A stretch of DNA of 64,000 nucleotides from Octopus vulgaris (lineage: Eukaryota). Under the pieces are notes generated by a model, which was not told where the DNA came from, did no database searches, and saw only the letters and a list, made by a program, of their open reading frames with translations. The stretch lies in NCBI GenBank assembly GCA_951406725.2, contig OX597814.1, positions 126,790,001 to 126,854,000 of the forward strand, read 5' to 3'. The translations under genes and the position numbers were made by a program. Shown here one piece after another: positions 38,213 to 52,172 of the stretch (positions are counted from its first letter, which is position 1; the number at the start of each line of letters is the position of its first letter).

Positions 38213-39903
38213 CTGAAGAAAACAAAAATTGAAAGAGAGTCAACTATTGAAAAGGTTGCAAGATGCAAGGAAAATTTTAAGAAAATAAAAATAAGAAATA
38301 AGTGGAAATTTTACCGGTGAATGTGTTACATTATAAGACACAAAAAGAAAATTACTCTCCCCAGACACAACAGAATATGCTTCAACACACAAACTCATAT
38401 AAAGAATCTTGCAAACCAAATCCAAAAACAAAAAATTGAAAATATTTTAGCTGATCCCCCAAAGTTCACCACTACATATTAGAGACTATGTTAATTCTAC
38501 TCTATAGTCTCTGAGATAAACCATTCTTTTGTTACAAATAAACAAACATTAGTTTGATGTGTAGCATTGTGTAAAATACTTATTTTTAAATTGTAACAAG
38601 TCTGATTTTGCTAAAAATATAATTTGTTTAATTCAAATATTTGGCCATTGAATGCTCCTGTCCCCAAACATAACAACCACTAAATTGAACAGTTTGCAAT
38701 ATATAACAATGAGCTTATTGTATATAGTGCTTAGATGCACTACAATTCAGTCTGTAAAGGTTAAAAGAGTGGACAGACAGCAGACATAAGTCAAATAAAG
38801 AAAGACATTAATGAAAGCTACAAGTACATATACAGTACATAGAATAAAACACAAAAATAGAGAAAAGTGAATATCAAAAGAATCATAAAGAATAAGGGTG
38901 CATAGGTATGTCAGGAGTAGTGTTGGTGAATTTCAGAAAGCATGGAATTTTTGTAGAATGCAGCATCCTGACAATTAACAAAAAATATAATTTTATAAGC
39001 ACGTTCATGGTTGGTAGGGATAAGGAATTCAAACTGGTGGCCAAAGTTGTTGATGTTGAAAGGATGGTGGATAATCTTGAGGCTTCCACCAAGTCAGCTG
39101 TTAAACATCAAAACTTCAGTGCCCAAATAAGTAAGATGTTCGAGATACTTTCACAAGCTTTTTGGTTTATAAACAAATCAAACAAGTAATTTATTTCATA
39201 GATGCACAATACACTCTTCAAAAATACTGCCATCAGTAAAAAAAAAATTCATTGTCACTGTAAATATCTAATGAAATATGTAAATTAACTAATTATATAT
39301 CCAAATTTCCAATTTGTAAATTAAGCAGATTAATTTTTCAAGTTTTTATCTGAATTACTTTCCCTAATAAACCTGTTGTATGTTATTGTTTGAATAGAAT
39401 TATGTTTTTGTTAACAATAATCCTCTGTTTCAATAAAATACAAACAATAGTATTGCAGTTAACTTTTCTCTGTCATTTTCCTATGTGCTACTCTCATTGT
39501 AAAGAAAATCTAACAGAAAATCTATTTAATGACTTTTGAGATTCAAAATTAATATCCTGCTTTCTTAATTCATCAAAAAAATCACAGAATTTATTAGCAA
39601 AATATGCCTGACGATTTGAATGATTTAATTCTATAAAATGAAATTTCTGGAAGCTGGACATTAGGTACAAAGGTCAGGGCTATAACAGCTATAAATAGCA
39701 CAGATCATATGATTTTAATTCTTAAGAATATTCTATTTTGTATTAAATATTTTCACAAAATCTATGGAAAGTAATCAGTGTGCATTCTTAACAGAGAAAA
39801 TTTTATTTCATATTTCATAAAAATCCACCAAAATGATAAATTTAAAAAAACAGTACTTCTGTATAGGCACAGACATGGCTGTGTAGTTAAGAAGGTCACT
39901 CCT

Positions 39904-39942
<39 letters not shown>

Positions 39943-40410
39943 ATGCATGTGTGTGTGCATTCTTGTATGTGTGTCTTTGTGTCTGTATTTGTCACCCACC
40001 ACCACCACCAATGCTTGACAACTGGTGTTCATTTGTTTACATCCAAAAAAAAAAAGATAAGTACTGAGATTGATTTGTTTGACTAAAACCCTTTAAGGTG
40101 GGGCCCCAACATGGCCACAATCCAAAGATTGAAACAAGTAAAATATATATATAAGATATGATAGTTTACTACTTTCAAAGAAATACACACCACGTGAATT
40201 GAAACAAATTAAGTTGTCTGCTTTTCTTTGATCACAAATCACTTAATTTTCAAAAAAATCTGTGAATTTCACTGTGTGTGCACACAACTGTGTGCAATTT
40301 ACAGTCTAACAGTTTTTGCAAACAAAGTGTTACAAATTTGAGAAAAATGTGAGTTTAAGTAAAATACAGAAATTACAAAAGACAAAAGGAAGATAAAGAA
40401 ACTGAATTAA

Positions 40411-40782
40411 TCTAGAAAAACGACGACGCCGTGGTGATCTCATTCTTGCTCACAACATCATAAGCGGAAAGTGTAACCTCTCGAAAGAGCTGTTCTTCAC
40501 TCCTGTTCCAGAGCGTCGGCTGCGGGGTCATTCCGAAAAGCTCTATCTGCAACGATTTCATCTCAATCGAAGGAGAGGGGTTTTCTCCGTCCGGGTTGCG
40601 GATCCGTGGAATAAGCTGCCGGACGAGATGGTGAAGATGCCGACGACCGCTCGGTTCAAAGTCTACCTTGACCACAAGTGGCCTGAACTCTTTACATGAA
40701 CACCAGCCTGTACATAACTCCATGTCCCCCTACATGGCCTTGCTTTTTGCTTTTTGAGCCAAAAAATTAACTAACTAACTAA
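40411..40782 (+). mobile_element. Young 5'-truncated CR1 LINE of a second family, with (TAAC)n tail
   Basis: Open frame 40412-40699: LEKRRRRGDLILAHNII...RLRGHSEKL...FSVRVADPWNKLPDEMV...FK..LD*. CpG-rich. Confidence 0.9.
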
Positions 40783-43003
40783 GAAAAATATATTTTTCAT
40801 TCAGCGCATGGCATAAAATTTCTCTTTTAATTTTAATTAAACCTCTGGTTCTGATCTCTAGTCAAAAAATTTGCTAATTTTGGACATTCTTCCTTACACA
40901 GTCTTCATGTTTGGTAACAACTCTATTATTAAACCCAACAGATTCCCTTAACCACTTTGTTTTCTACACAAACACAATCTCCACTCACCCAGGAATCATC
41001 AAACAAAATTGTTAGAATCTTTACACAATAAAAAAAATGAACTGTAATATCAATTCAACTGATCCATATCAGACTTTTTCAGCATCTTCTTCAATAGAGA
41101 CACCTGTAATAAATAGCTTCCTAGATTCTAAACTAAGATTTGAAACTGGATCTACATCTTAGGAAGCTATTTGTTACACACCTATTTGGGATCAAGCAAG
41201 TGTATCTCTCATTCCTACAGCTTTATTTTCTAAAGTTGCTAAATGAAAGCAAAAGCTTTCTGCTTGCTTGCTCTCTCTCTTTCTCTCTCCATCTACATGT
41301 CTTCCAAGCAAGTTAGGCAAACCAGTAATGGGTACCTAATTACAGTGGTAGTCACTGTATAACAGAAAACAATGACAAAAGAAAGGCTGCTGTGATGTAT
41401 ATTTACAAAACTTTTGACTAAGTATGTTGTATCCACCTTTCAGCTTCTCTCTACACCAAACATCACTTGAACTTTCTGTCTCTTTTCTCTTTGTGCCCAT
41501 CTAGCCTGTCCAACAATTTACACTTGCTTTCAATTAACAATATTGTCACTCATCTTCTTACCTACTTCTCTATTAGGGTTTCTGGAGAATATTGCTAAAC
41601 ACAGCACTTCATACACAAAAGTAACAGAAATATTTCTTGGTATTCATTCATAAAAAGCTGACAAAAAGCTAAATTGTCTGGGTCAACTTAAACTTTAGCA
41701 GGATGAACTCCTTGAAACAATATTTTATAGACTGGTTTCAAATTTTGGCACAAGGCCAGCAATTTTGGGGATGGGACCAGTCAATTATATCAACTCAGTG
41801 CTCAAATGGTACTTATTTTATCGACCTTGAAAGGATGAAAAGCAAAGTCAACTTTGGCAGAATTTAAACCCAGAACATAAAGATGGAAAAATGCTGCTAA
41901 GCATTTTGCCTGACATGTTAATCACTCTTGCAGCTCACCACTTATTTCAGATATTAAATACTTAAAATCTGAAACATTTTGTAATGTTTTTTCAGACCCA
42001 ACAATGTTATGTATGACAAAAACCTAAGCCATTACAGAAGAGTAGAAAAAAATTAGATATTTTTTACAAATATTTATAGAATACTGAAATAATATGCTAA
42101 ATTGTTTGAATGAATGGAATGTTAGATACTGTATTGAAATGATTTGTGTAGGAGTACAGCAGCTTGTAAGGCCAACAGTAAAAACCAGCAGTAACAATGG
42201 AGAACGCAATTACTAAAATTGAAGCATGAAAGAAAACTGTTGAAAATCAAACTTACACATTTACTAAATTCTCACAAGCAACAAATTATTTTAAAGCATA
42301 CCTCCACTGTGTTCTATGTGATAGTAGAAGTTAATTAAAGATCCAGACAAATTTTTACAATCAGTAACTTTGTTGGTAGGTAAAGAGCACAGATCAAAAA
42401 GCCATCTGTTTGATCCAGCAAGAAGCCAGTCAATGATAGAGTAACATTCACCTTAAGTAATATATATGTATATGTAGGTCATCACCAGTGTAACAAAACT
42501 GTAGTTAAACACTGCCAACAAAAGAGCTTTAATACAGTTGCTTAGCCTGCAAGAAATAGCAGTCAAAATCCCTCAAATCATACCCTACTATCATTTTATT
42601 TATTTATTCAATTTTAATGGCTTAGGAAGGGTAGTGTCCATAGCCATTTTCAAGGCATCTATGACTAGTAGGAGAAAGTTGTCTTCAGATCAAACATCTA
42701 GATTGAGTGGACTCAGCTAAAAGCACCCAAGGGTCAGGAGGTGGTGTTAAACCTGGCAACAGATTAAGTATACTACCCCAAAACAGAAACAATCTGTCAA
42801 ACAAACATCCACACAGTTTCTATCTTCTAGATTTCGCTCGAAAGGCTTTTCTTAACCTAAGACTATGATAAAAGACATTTGACCAAGTGTTGTGCAGTGC
42901 AATTGAGCCCAAAACCACCTAGTTGTAAAACTAACCTCTTTAACCACACAGTCATGCCTGTATTCAGCTTATAAAAGGAAAGGCATAGGGTCAATATAGT
43001 CTT

Positions 43004-43040
<37 letters not shown>

Positions 43041-44307
43041 GATATACTATTTTACTCTTACTTGTTACAGTCATTTGACTGTACTTATTCTATTAGTCAC
43101 TTTTGGCAAACCACTAAGTTACAGGGACATAAACACACCAGCATCGGATGTCAAGTGATGTTGGGGGGATAAACACAGACACAGAAACGTACACACACAC
43201 ATATACGATAGGCTTCTTTCAGTTTCCATCTACCAAATCCACTCACAAGGCTTTGGTTGGCCCGAGGCTATAGTAGAAGACACTTGCCCAAGGTACTATG
43301 CAGAGGGACTGAAACCGGAACCATGTGGTTGGTAAGCAAACTACTTACCACACAGCCACTCCTACGCCTATATATATATGTGCCGGTGGCACATAAAAAG
43401 CACCCACTACACTCACGGAGTGGTTGACTTTAGGAAGGCTATCCAGCTGTAGAAACACTGCCAGATCAGACTGGTGCCTGGTGCAGCCTCCTGGCTTCCC
43501 AGACCCCGGTCGAACCGTTCAACTCGTGCTAGCACGGAAAACGGATGTTAAACGATGATGATGATGATGAATATATATATATATATATAAAAGATGAAAT
43601 GATCTCAGCTGGAACTCCTTTGATCATAGCTCTGCTCAATCAGGGCTGATCTAGGGCTGAACAACTACAACAATAAGTGAAATAAAATCACTTATCACAA
43701 CAGGTAAAAAGAAGTCACAGTAAGATTTATATAAAACATATCAGGTAATCAATGATTTTTCTCTCTGTTGAAATAGGGTTAACATATCTAGGTTAGAATA
43801 TTGAATGACAACTAAATCGAGAAATTCAATCATAAAATATTTGCTATTAAACTTGCCTTGCTAACATTAACTTCAGTGTAAATACATCTGCTATAGTTGT
43901 TTATATATATATATCTTTTATCTCTAACTTGTTTCAGTCATTAGACTGCAGCCATGCTGTGGCACTACCATAAAAAATTTGATGCCAGTACATTTTTTTT
44001 CTTTAAGGCCTGATACCTATTCCATCAGTCTCATTTTGTCAAACCACTAGGTTACAGGTACATAAACACACCAACACTAGTTATCAGGAAGTGGTGGGGG
44101 ACAAACACAGACACAAAGACAGGTACATACACACAGATATTCAACGGGCATCTTTCAGCTTCTGCATACAAAATCCACTCACAAGGCTTTGGTTGGCCCA
44201 AGACTACAGTAGAAGACACTTTCCCAATGTGCCACACAATAGGACTGAACCTGGAACCATGTAGCTGGGAAGCAAGCTTCTTACTACACAACCACACCTA
44301 TGCCCAT

Positions 44308-44356
<49 letters not shown>

Positions 44357-44358
44357 TT

Positions 44359-44404
44359 TGTCAGTGAACAGGTCGCAGTTTCAAGTGACGAAAATATTTT
44401 GACA
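44359..44404 (+). ncRNA. Minimal type-I hammerhead ribozyme-like motif (G3:C8 core variant), left arm of palindrome
   Basis: TGTCA (stem I) GTGAACA (core) G GTCGC-agtttcaa-GTGAC (stem II) GAAA ATAT T T (palindromic minimal stem III, UUU site) TGACA (stem I). Confidence 0.55.
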
Positions 44405-44467
44405 CAAATTAAATTTAAATGTTGAAGTGAAACTAACAGTTTCACTTCAACATTTAAATTTAATTTG

Positions 44468-44513
44468 TGTCAAAATATTTTCGTCACTTGAAACCGCGAC
44501 CTGTTCACTGACA
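44468..44513 (-). ncRNA. Mirror copy of the minimal hammerhead-like motif, sense to ATP9 pre-mRNA
   Basis: Reverse complement of 44359-44404 with one difference in the stem II loop. Confidence 0.55.
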
Positions 44514-44539
44514 AAAGGTTAATAGAGAAAATAGTCTTT

Positions 44540-45450
44540 GTATGTAGCAAATGTGTGAGTACAATATGCACTAAAAATATGCAGAGAATAGACTCCCTCA
44601 AATGCCTGATGGGATCTTGAGAAGTAGTAGATAGCTTCTGTTACTTAGGTGACTGAATTAGCAGTGGAGGATAGAGTTCTGACAGTGCAGTTGCTAGAAT
44701 GGGAATGGGCTGGGCAAAGTTCACTCCCAGAAGGAAGGACAGATGGTTTGATACCTGTGTACATACAGCTATGCTACATGATAGTGAAACATGGGCCTTG
44801 ACTACAGAGGACTAACAAAGGCTTGAAAGTATTGAAGCTAGCATGCTCACTGGATGGGTAATGTCAGTGTACACACAAGAGAGTGTGAGTGATTTAAAAG
44901 GAAAACTGGGTATAAGAGATATCAGATATGTGCAAGAGAGAAGACTGCACTGGTTTGGTTATATGATGCATATGGATGAGAACAGTTGTATAAAGAAGTA
45001 CAAAGCTATAACTGTAGAGGGAACATGTGGAAGGGGTCGACCTAGGAACACATGGGATGAAGTGGTAAGAAAGGGTCTTTCGATACTGGGCCTCGCTGAG
45101 GAAATGAAAAGAGACTGGGAGTTGTGGTGATTTGTTGTACTTGAGAAGACATGTCAAAACAAGTATAATTGTTGTCATCCATACATACAGGCTTGTCCTT
45201 TACAGGTGCTGGTGCCACAGAAAATGCACGTTTGTCAATACTGTGTAAACGCACCCATGCCGGTGGTACATAAAAAGCACCTAGAGCACCCAGCACACTC
45301 TGTAAAGTGGTTGACATTAGGGAGGGCATCTATCTATAGAAACTATGCCACAACAGACAATTTGGAGTCTGAAGAGCTCCTCAGCTGGACAGCTCCTGTC
45401 AAACCGTCCAACCAATGCCAGTATGGAAAACAGACATTAAACAATGATGA
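44540..45450 (+). mobile_element. 5'-truncated RTE LINE 3' end with family-C tail
   Basis: ORF 44843-45130 VQERRLHWFGYMMHMDE..CIKK...VEGTCGRGRPRNTWDEVV. Confidence 0.85.
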
Positions 45451-46299
45451 TCATAATATACATAGGCAAGGAGTTTTAACTCAAAAGAGGATATCTGAAG
45501 TCATTCATTTTAATAAAGACGTAAGTAACAAAAGAGCTACACGAAAATTGACAAACAACTATAAATAATTCAAATCAGCAATAGAAGTCCCTTGTGTAAG
45601 AAGAGAGCTGAAAAATTTGACATGCCCACATTAAATAAGCTAAAGTCCTACTGTGTGACAGCTTTACAAATCGCTCACATATATATAACAACTAATTGCT
45701 ATTCATTTTCTGGGTCTTTGCTCTAAATCATAAACATAAAAAAATTTCAATTAGGTACAAGACAGTGGTGGCGGGGTAGCCTATTTACTGGTGGTTCAGT
45801 GACTATAAAATTGCCTATGATTTTTCAAATGATATAAGGAAGGGTAAGTTGTTCGGTTCGTCCAATAAAAAATTTATAAATGTTGATACAACAGAATTAG
45901 CAGAACATATAAATAGGTGATCAATTCCCATATTATCTTGTAAATGTCTTAAATACAATTTATATCTAAAAACCATAGCACTTTACTAATACGCATACAC
46001 ACACAGAGTACCAATATAATCTCCATACACTAATGAAGAAATGATACTACCAAAACTTAATGTTACTCATCTCCAAAGAGATACACAAAACATACAGATA
46101 AAGATAGAGGAGTAACATCATTGATATACATCTTCTGTGGAAGAAAATCTGTACAAAATTAATTGAATCATGTCTTTAAAACTAAGAAGCACTTCAGAAC
46201 AGAAAAGTCAGTGACTTTTTACAAATCATGCTCCCATCTTCATCTCTTTTCTAGACTGATCAGTTCTTCAGTCCATCTCACTTGTGTTTGCTCTTCAGA

Positions 46300-46870
46300 T
46301 GGCAGTTCTCTTCCAGTGTTCTCAATCAGCTGCATATTGTTCCTGTTTTTCTAGTGTTTACTGACAACCTTCACCTCTGCTTGAAAGGTTCAATATCATG
46401 TGGCTCCTGGTCATCATCATCTCCTTTCTGCTTTTGGTATTCATCTCAGTTCAAATGATCTGGTTACTGGAGGAAGTTATCAAACATCCCTATTCTTTAT
46501 TCCAGCATCAAGTCTTGGAGATTTTGCAATGATGCTCTACTTGAGACTTCATTTTTTATATGATCATGGTATAAAATTCTTGAGATTTTCCTGAAGCATC
46601 TTTGGTGAAAAGCAACCATTTTTTTTTTGTAAGTGACTTTCAGTTTTCTTTCACATTTTGTATGCATACAGCATTGTGGACTGTACAGGTGTATCATGAA
46701 ATTGGTTTCCTCTGATGTCTATGGACCAAATTTTGTACATTCTTTGAAATACTGCTAACAACTTTCTGATTCTGCATTTGACATCAGTTTCAGTGTCGTC
46801 ATCTTTGCTCAGAACACTGTCAAAGTGTTTTAGTTGGCTAATGTCTTCAATGGTCGCTTCATACACTCTT
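46300..46870 (-). mobile_element. Decayed RTE LINE fragment (different subfamily)
   Basis: IEDISQLKHFDSVLSKDDDTETDVKCRIRK and AFHQRCFRKISRILYHDHIKNE. Confidence 0.7.
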
Positions 46871-49819
46871 TGATGAAGTTGCTGTCAGTAAGCGGTTTTT
46901 CCCACTCTGCCATCCTATGCACTACTTTGCAACTAGTATGAGTGATTGATTCATTTTCAGCAAACATTCTCATGAAGAGAATGTTTAAACACAGCAATGC
47001 AAGTTAAAACACAGTTGCTGTAGGAATGAATTCTCAATGCAGGTACTTACACAAAAGGTATAGTGCAGCTATGGTAGGCCAAATGAATTGACCTCGCGTG
47101 CTGGATCTGGTCTGTGGGCCATAGTCTGGTTACCCCTGTGCTATAGGTACAAGGCCTGAAATTTGGTGGGAGGGAACTAGTCAACTCCAGTGCACAACTG
47201 GTATTTATTTCATCAAATACTGAAAGTATGAAAGGCAAAGGTGACCATAACAGAATTTTAACTCAGCTTGTAAAGACAAACAAAATGCCACTAAGAATTT
47301 GGTCTGGTATGCTGATAATTCTGCCAGCTCACCAGCTTAATAATAATAATAATGGTTTCAAATTTGGCAAAAGGCCATCAAGTTCAGAAGAGAGAGCAAT
47401 TTAATTACATCAACCTCAGTGCTCATCATCATCATCAACATCATTTAACGTCCATGTTCCATGCTAGCATGGGTGAGACAGTACCACAAGAGCTGGCTAG
47501 GCTGAAACCTGCACCAGACTTTTGTGACTGTTTTGGATACCCTTCCTAACACCAACCACTCAGCAGAGTGGACTTAGTGCTTTTTACGTGGCCCAAGCAC
47601 AGGCAAGGTCAGTTTTGACAAGATTTTTGCAGCTGGATGCCCTTCCTAACACCAACCACTTTACAGTGCGGACTGGGTGCTTTTAAGTAGCACCTGCACT
47701 GACAGGGTCACCAAGCACTTGCAAGACAATTTTTAAGAGGGGAGGAGGCATTGGAGTAGGTGATAATGAAAAGGTCACAGTGAGACTGATACAGGTGTCT
47801 TGCTGTAGAGGAAGTACAAGGTTACCTGGCTGGAGAGAGAAATATCAGGAATGAAGACAAAACAGATGTGCTACCACAAAGAAAATACATGGTCGCCCAA
47901 CCTGAGGGAAGTGCAGGAGAGAGAGAGAGAGATTGGGAGACTGCAGGATGTAGATAGTGGCAAAATGCCGGGCATACTCACAAGGAACAGGGATCATAGT
48001 ATAAATGAGATGGTTGAGTAAAGGAAGAGAGATACAGATAGTAGCAAGTGCCAGGGCATACTCTTGAGGTTCAAATACCATAACATAAGTGACAGGATAT
48101 TGCAAAGGGAGATTAATGAGTGCAAGTTAGTGGTGAAAGACCTGGGTATATAGAGAATTGGAGGGACTACCAGATAGCAATACAGAGGAACAGGGGTGTG
48201 AGGACAGGATTGGGGAGTGAGAGGAAATGCAAGAAAGAGATGTAGATTGGTTTGTTGGGGTAGGGTGAGAGAAAAGTTTTCTTATTACATATGGGTGGAA
48301 CATCCAGGTCAGGGGCTAGCAGATGGCAATAATAGAGTAAGACAAGGTATGTGGGTAGAACGCACATATCGAGGGGCAAGCAGAGAGCAATGATACAGTG
48401 GCACCAAGCCAAGGTACTAATTTTACTGACCCCAAAAAAAGGAAATATAAATTCATCCTTGGCAGAATTTAAGCTCAGCATATAAAGTTGTCTGGCATGT
48501 TAACAGTTCTGCCAGCTCGCTGCCTTTAAAAGCTGAGAGTTTCATACAAATAATAATAATAGATTATAATTTAGGCACAGCAATTTTGAGAAGGGTGAGG
48601 GAGGGAGATTAGTCAATTACATTAATCCAAGTATTTACACTTTATCAACCCTGGACAGGATGAAAAGTTGACTTCGATAGGATTTGAACTCTTGACATAA
48701 AAATCCCAAACAACTACTGCAAGGCATTTGTCTACTGCCAAGTCACCATCTTAATAATAAGAAAGGTGATAATTCCTAACAATAGAAGACTACAAATTTT
48801 GAAGAAAGGAACAATCCTCTGAGAAAAATAACATATTATTCCAATAGTAGAGGGAAGAGCCAAAAACTATTAAAGTATCTTGACCAAGGAGAAAAAAATG
48901 TGATGTCAATTATGAATTGGTTTCATAATCTATATGTGTATCCTATTAATTACCTATGAGCCACAAAAGTTCATATAACCAATGCTAAAATCTGAATAAT
49001 GTAATATTAAGAGGATGTGAGATATATCCCCTGGGAAAGGTTGCCAGATCTAATGCCTACAGTTTAGTGAACAGACATAATTAAAATTAAGTGCTCTCTC
49101 ACTATCTAGTATCATTAAATCTATTGCGTTTTGATAAATTAGTCCAAAACCAAAAAAGCTACTCATGCCATTATCAAACGAGCGAGTAGTAATAGTAAGA
49201 TATATTTGCTAATAGGTCTATAATATAGAGTGACACTTGTATGTCTGTACCTTACCAATAATCATTAATGAAAATAACGAATATAATAAATTCTAGGAAA
49301 AAATGTTTACTAATTTATCCTACATTCAGAACATTCTAAAATCTAGGCCTCTTCATAGAAAAGAGAATATCTAGAGAATATAAACAAGAAAAGTTTTGTG
49401 TCAGATACCCTCCCTAGTGCCAACTATCATCTCTACTCCCATAACAGTTTATAATTTTAGTAGAAATTTAATGGTCTTATGATATTTCATAGCAATATTT
49501 CAGCAAAATAGTGATGACTTGTTAACAAAGCAATCAGTTGGGTATGAAACATTTTATTATTTGCTTCACAGCAAAGAACTAGAGACACCAGAGAGACATG
49601 CTAGCATAAATTAGTAATAAACTTCTATCATCTACATAAATTTTCAAAGGCCAACATTTATTGTGCGGTTGTGACATTTTAGATTCATTCTGGATCATAC
49701 AGTCATTCACTGATTGTTTCCACAACAGATTTCTCCATGTTCTATTGACCAGAAACAGAAATCAAGACTAATTAATCAATTCATGTAAAGTACCGAAGAA
49801 TTCAACATAAACTGCTGCT

Positions 49820-50000
49820 GCTGCTGTTGTTGTTAGGTAACAACAGTTACCACAAAACACATACATTGTTATTGTTTTTAGCCAACAATAACACTGCATA
49901 CACCATTCAATGTTGTTGTTAGCTGACAACAACAAAACTACACACACCATTCAATGTTTTTATTGTTAGCTAACAGCAACAACACACACCCGATACAATA
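49820..50000. repeat. ~45-bp tandem repeat, about 4 units, with a palindromic core GTTGTTGTTAGCT(A/G)ACAACAAC
   Basis: CACCATTCAATGTT(G/T)TT..TTAGCT.ACA.CAACAA units. Confidence 0.7.
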
Positions 50001-52172
50001 TTGTCTTTAAATGTCACAATAAATACAGCCATCCACTAAACTACCACATTGCTTTGACTTCACTCAATGTATTTTATCTAAGTGTGCGACTAGGGGGTAC
50101 ATGTGTGTGGCTGTGTTTACACAGACAGAATGAAGGAACAGATGACAATCCATGCTACTCTGAAGAGAGAATATAAAAAGGTAGTGATGATGGTGTTTGG
50201 GAGATTTTAATTGCTAACCTTATGGTCAAGACCAGTAATTACATGTCCCTTAACCTACCTTTATTCTGTTCCCTATAAATGGCCAACAAATGACCCAATC
50301 TCATTGAAAGGTCATATACCTAGGTCAGGCATTATGTGTACACACACACACAAAAACACAGCACCTTTCCCAAGACATTGCTAAAGATCACTACATTTAA
50401 TGTGACATTGACAGACTCTCATTACTTACCTAGCAACTAACTCACAAACAGCTCAGTTGTTGAAGAAATGTTACAATAAAAATTAACACACACACACTAA
50501 GTCAAAGGATTGCACTGAAAGGAAGAACACAGAGTATAAAAAAATTTTTTAAGGAAGAGGCGCAGGAGTGACTATGTGGTAAGTAGCTTGCTTACCAACC
50601 ACATGGTTCTGGGTTCATTCCCACTGCATGACACCTTGGGCAAGTGTCTTCTACTATAGCCTCGGGCCAACCAAAGCCTTGTAAGTGGGTTTGGTAGACA
50701 GAAACTGAAAGAAGCCCATCGTATATATGTATATATATATGTAAGTGTGTGTATATGTTTGTGTGGTGTGTTTACATCCCAATAACTTAGGTTTGGCAAA
50801 AGAGACTGATAGAATAAATACTAGGCTTCCAAAGAATAAGTCCTGTGGTCGATTTGCTTGGCTAAAGGCAGTGCTCCAGCATGGCCGCAGTCAAATGACT
50901 CAAACAAGTAAAAGGGTAAGAATTAATATTTTAGAGCTTATGATGGTAGTAGTAGAAAGAAAAGAAAATATCTCCATCACTATGTTCTATTACATGTTTT
51001 GATATGATAGTATGTTTATAAAGCCTGCTAGAGAGAATTTGACAATTTTCATCAGTCTTCATTCTATCTTAATACAGCCTTGAGCCAACAAGAGAACTTC
51101 AACATAATCATCTGAACTGCTAGAAACAACAGCTAAATTTTCTTAAAAACACAGCCAACTATATTAAACAATAAAAGACACATTATGACATATGTCTCCC
51201 TCTGGTGAGACATAGTTTTTTCTATGAAGCTTTGCTTTAAGTCAGCAGCTATTTTCCTTAAGTATTATTATGAAAAGTATCAAGATTATTGACTACTTCT
51301 AAAATACAAAGTTGTTATGGAAGGAGAGACAAAAATCATCTATGATCAGCACTAGTGAGAATATCTGACACTCATATATACTAAATACAGATATGAGTGT
51401 ACATCGGAGTTATTAAATGTAGTGGTAAGATGTGAAGGGTCACTATATGCAATATACGAATATAAGGCTCTCATGTCAGGGGTACCAATCATATTGTACA
51501 GATGAAAAGTTATTTAATGTAGAAGTAGTGCTTCTTAAAAGAAAAGATGGTCACAGTCAGAATGCCCTTTAGTTATAGTTTTGCTTGATCAGTGTTCAAC
51601 TCGCAGAATTTTGCATGTTACGTCTTGACACAACAAACAAAATGCTCTGAATAAACCAGAATATGAATATTCACCACATTTTAATTTGTTGTCCACTTCA
51701 TTTAGCGATTCCTTGCTTCCTACACAGCATTTGCCTTCCTGCAACAATAGGTTTTCCTGATTCCCCATTTTCCATTACTTTCCTTATTTTTGTAGTAAAC
51801 AGAGTTCCTCAAGAGGAGCTTCATGCACTGGAGACTTTTGAAGTTCAGTCTACAAACCATTCTAGACTTTACAGATATCTGTGATATATGGCAATATTTT
51901 GGAGCAATGGATTATAAACATGGATGATAGCTATTGCTTATAATCTTTACAGATCCTCAAAGACCAGTAGGGTTAATGTTCATACACTGAAAGAAAGGGT
52001 ACCATATAAAGATTGATTGACTCATATCAAATCTGATGTGATGTGGTGCTGCTGCTAGGACTGTTTAAGCATGGTGGCATTGAAGCAGAATTGTGGTGTG
52101 AAAGTTTCTGTCATGGCCCATACTCAGAGTAAGATGTAAATTCATTATCATAAGCTAAGACATCAGTTAAAT

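Larger units (their letters stand above)
44356..44516. repeat. Near-perfect 161-bp palindrome (79-bp arms, 3-nt loop AAC), probable Penelope-like element terminus
   Basis: Arms 44356-44434 and 44438-44516 with one mismatch. Flanked by (TA)n on the left and a 5'-truncated RTE on the right. Confidence 0.95.

Noticed and set aside
40412-40723. 103-aa GC-rich minus-strand ORF as a possible ATP9 exon 1 or foreign gene
   Set aside because: The plus strand encodes a CR1 ORF2 C-terminus with a typical tail.
50558-50640. tRNA-like A/B boxes here and at other family-A and family-B heads
   Set aside because: These are SINE heads continuing into SINE bodies. No complete cloverleaf.
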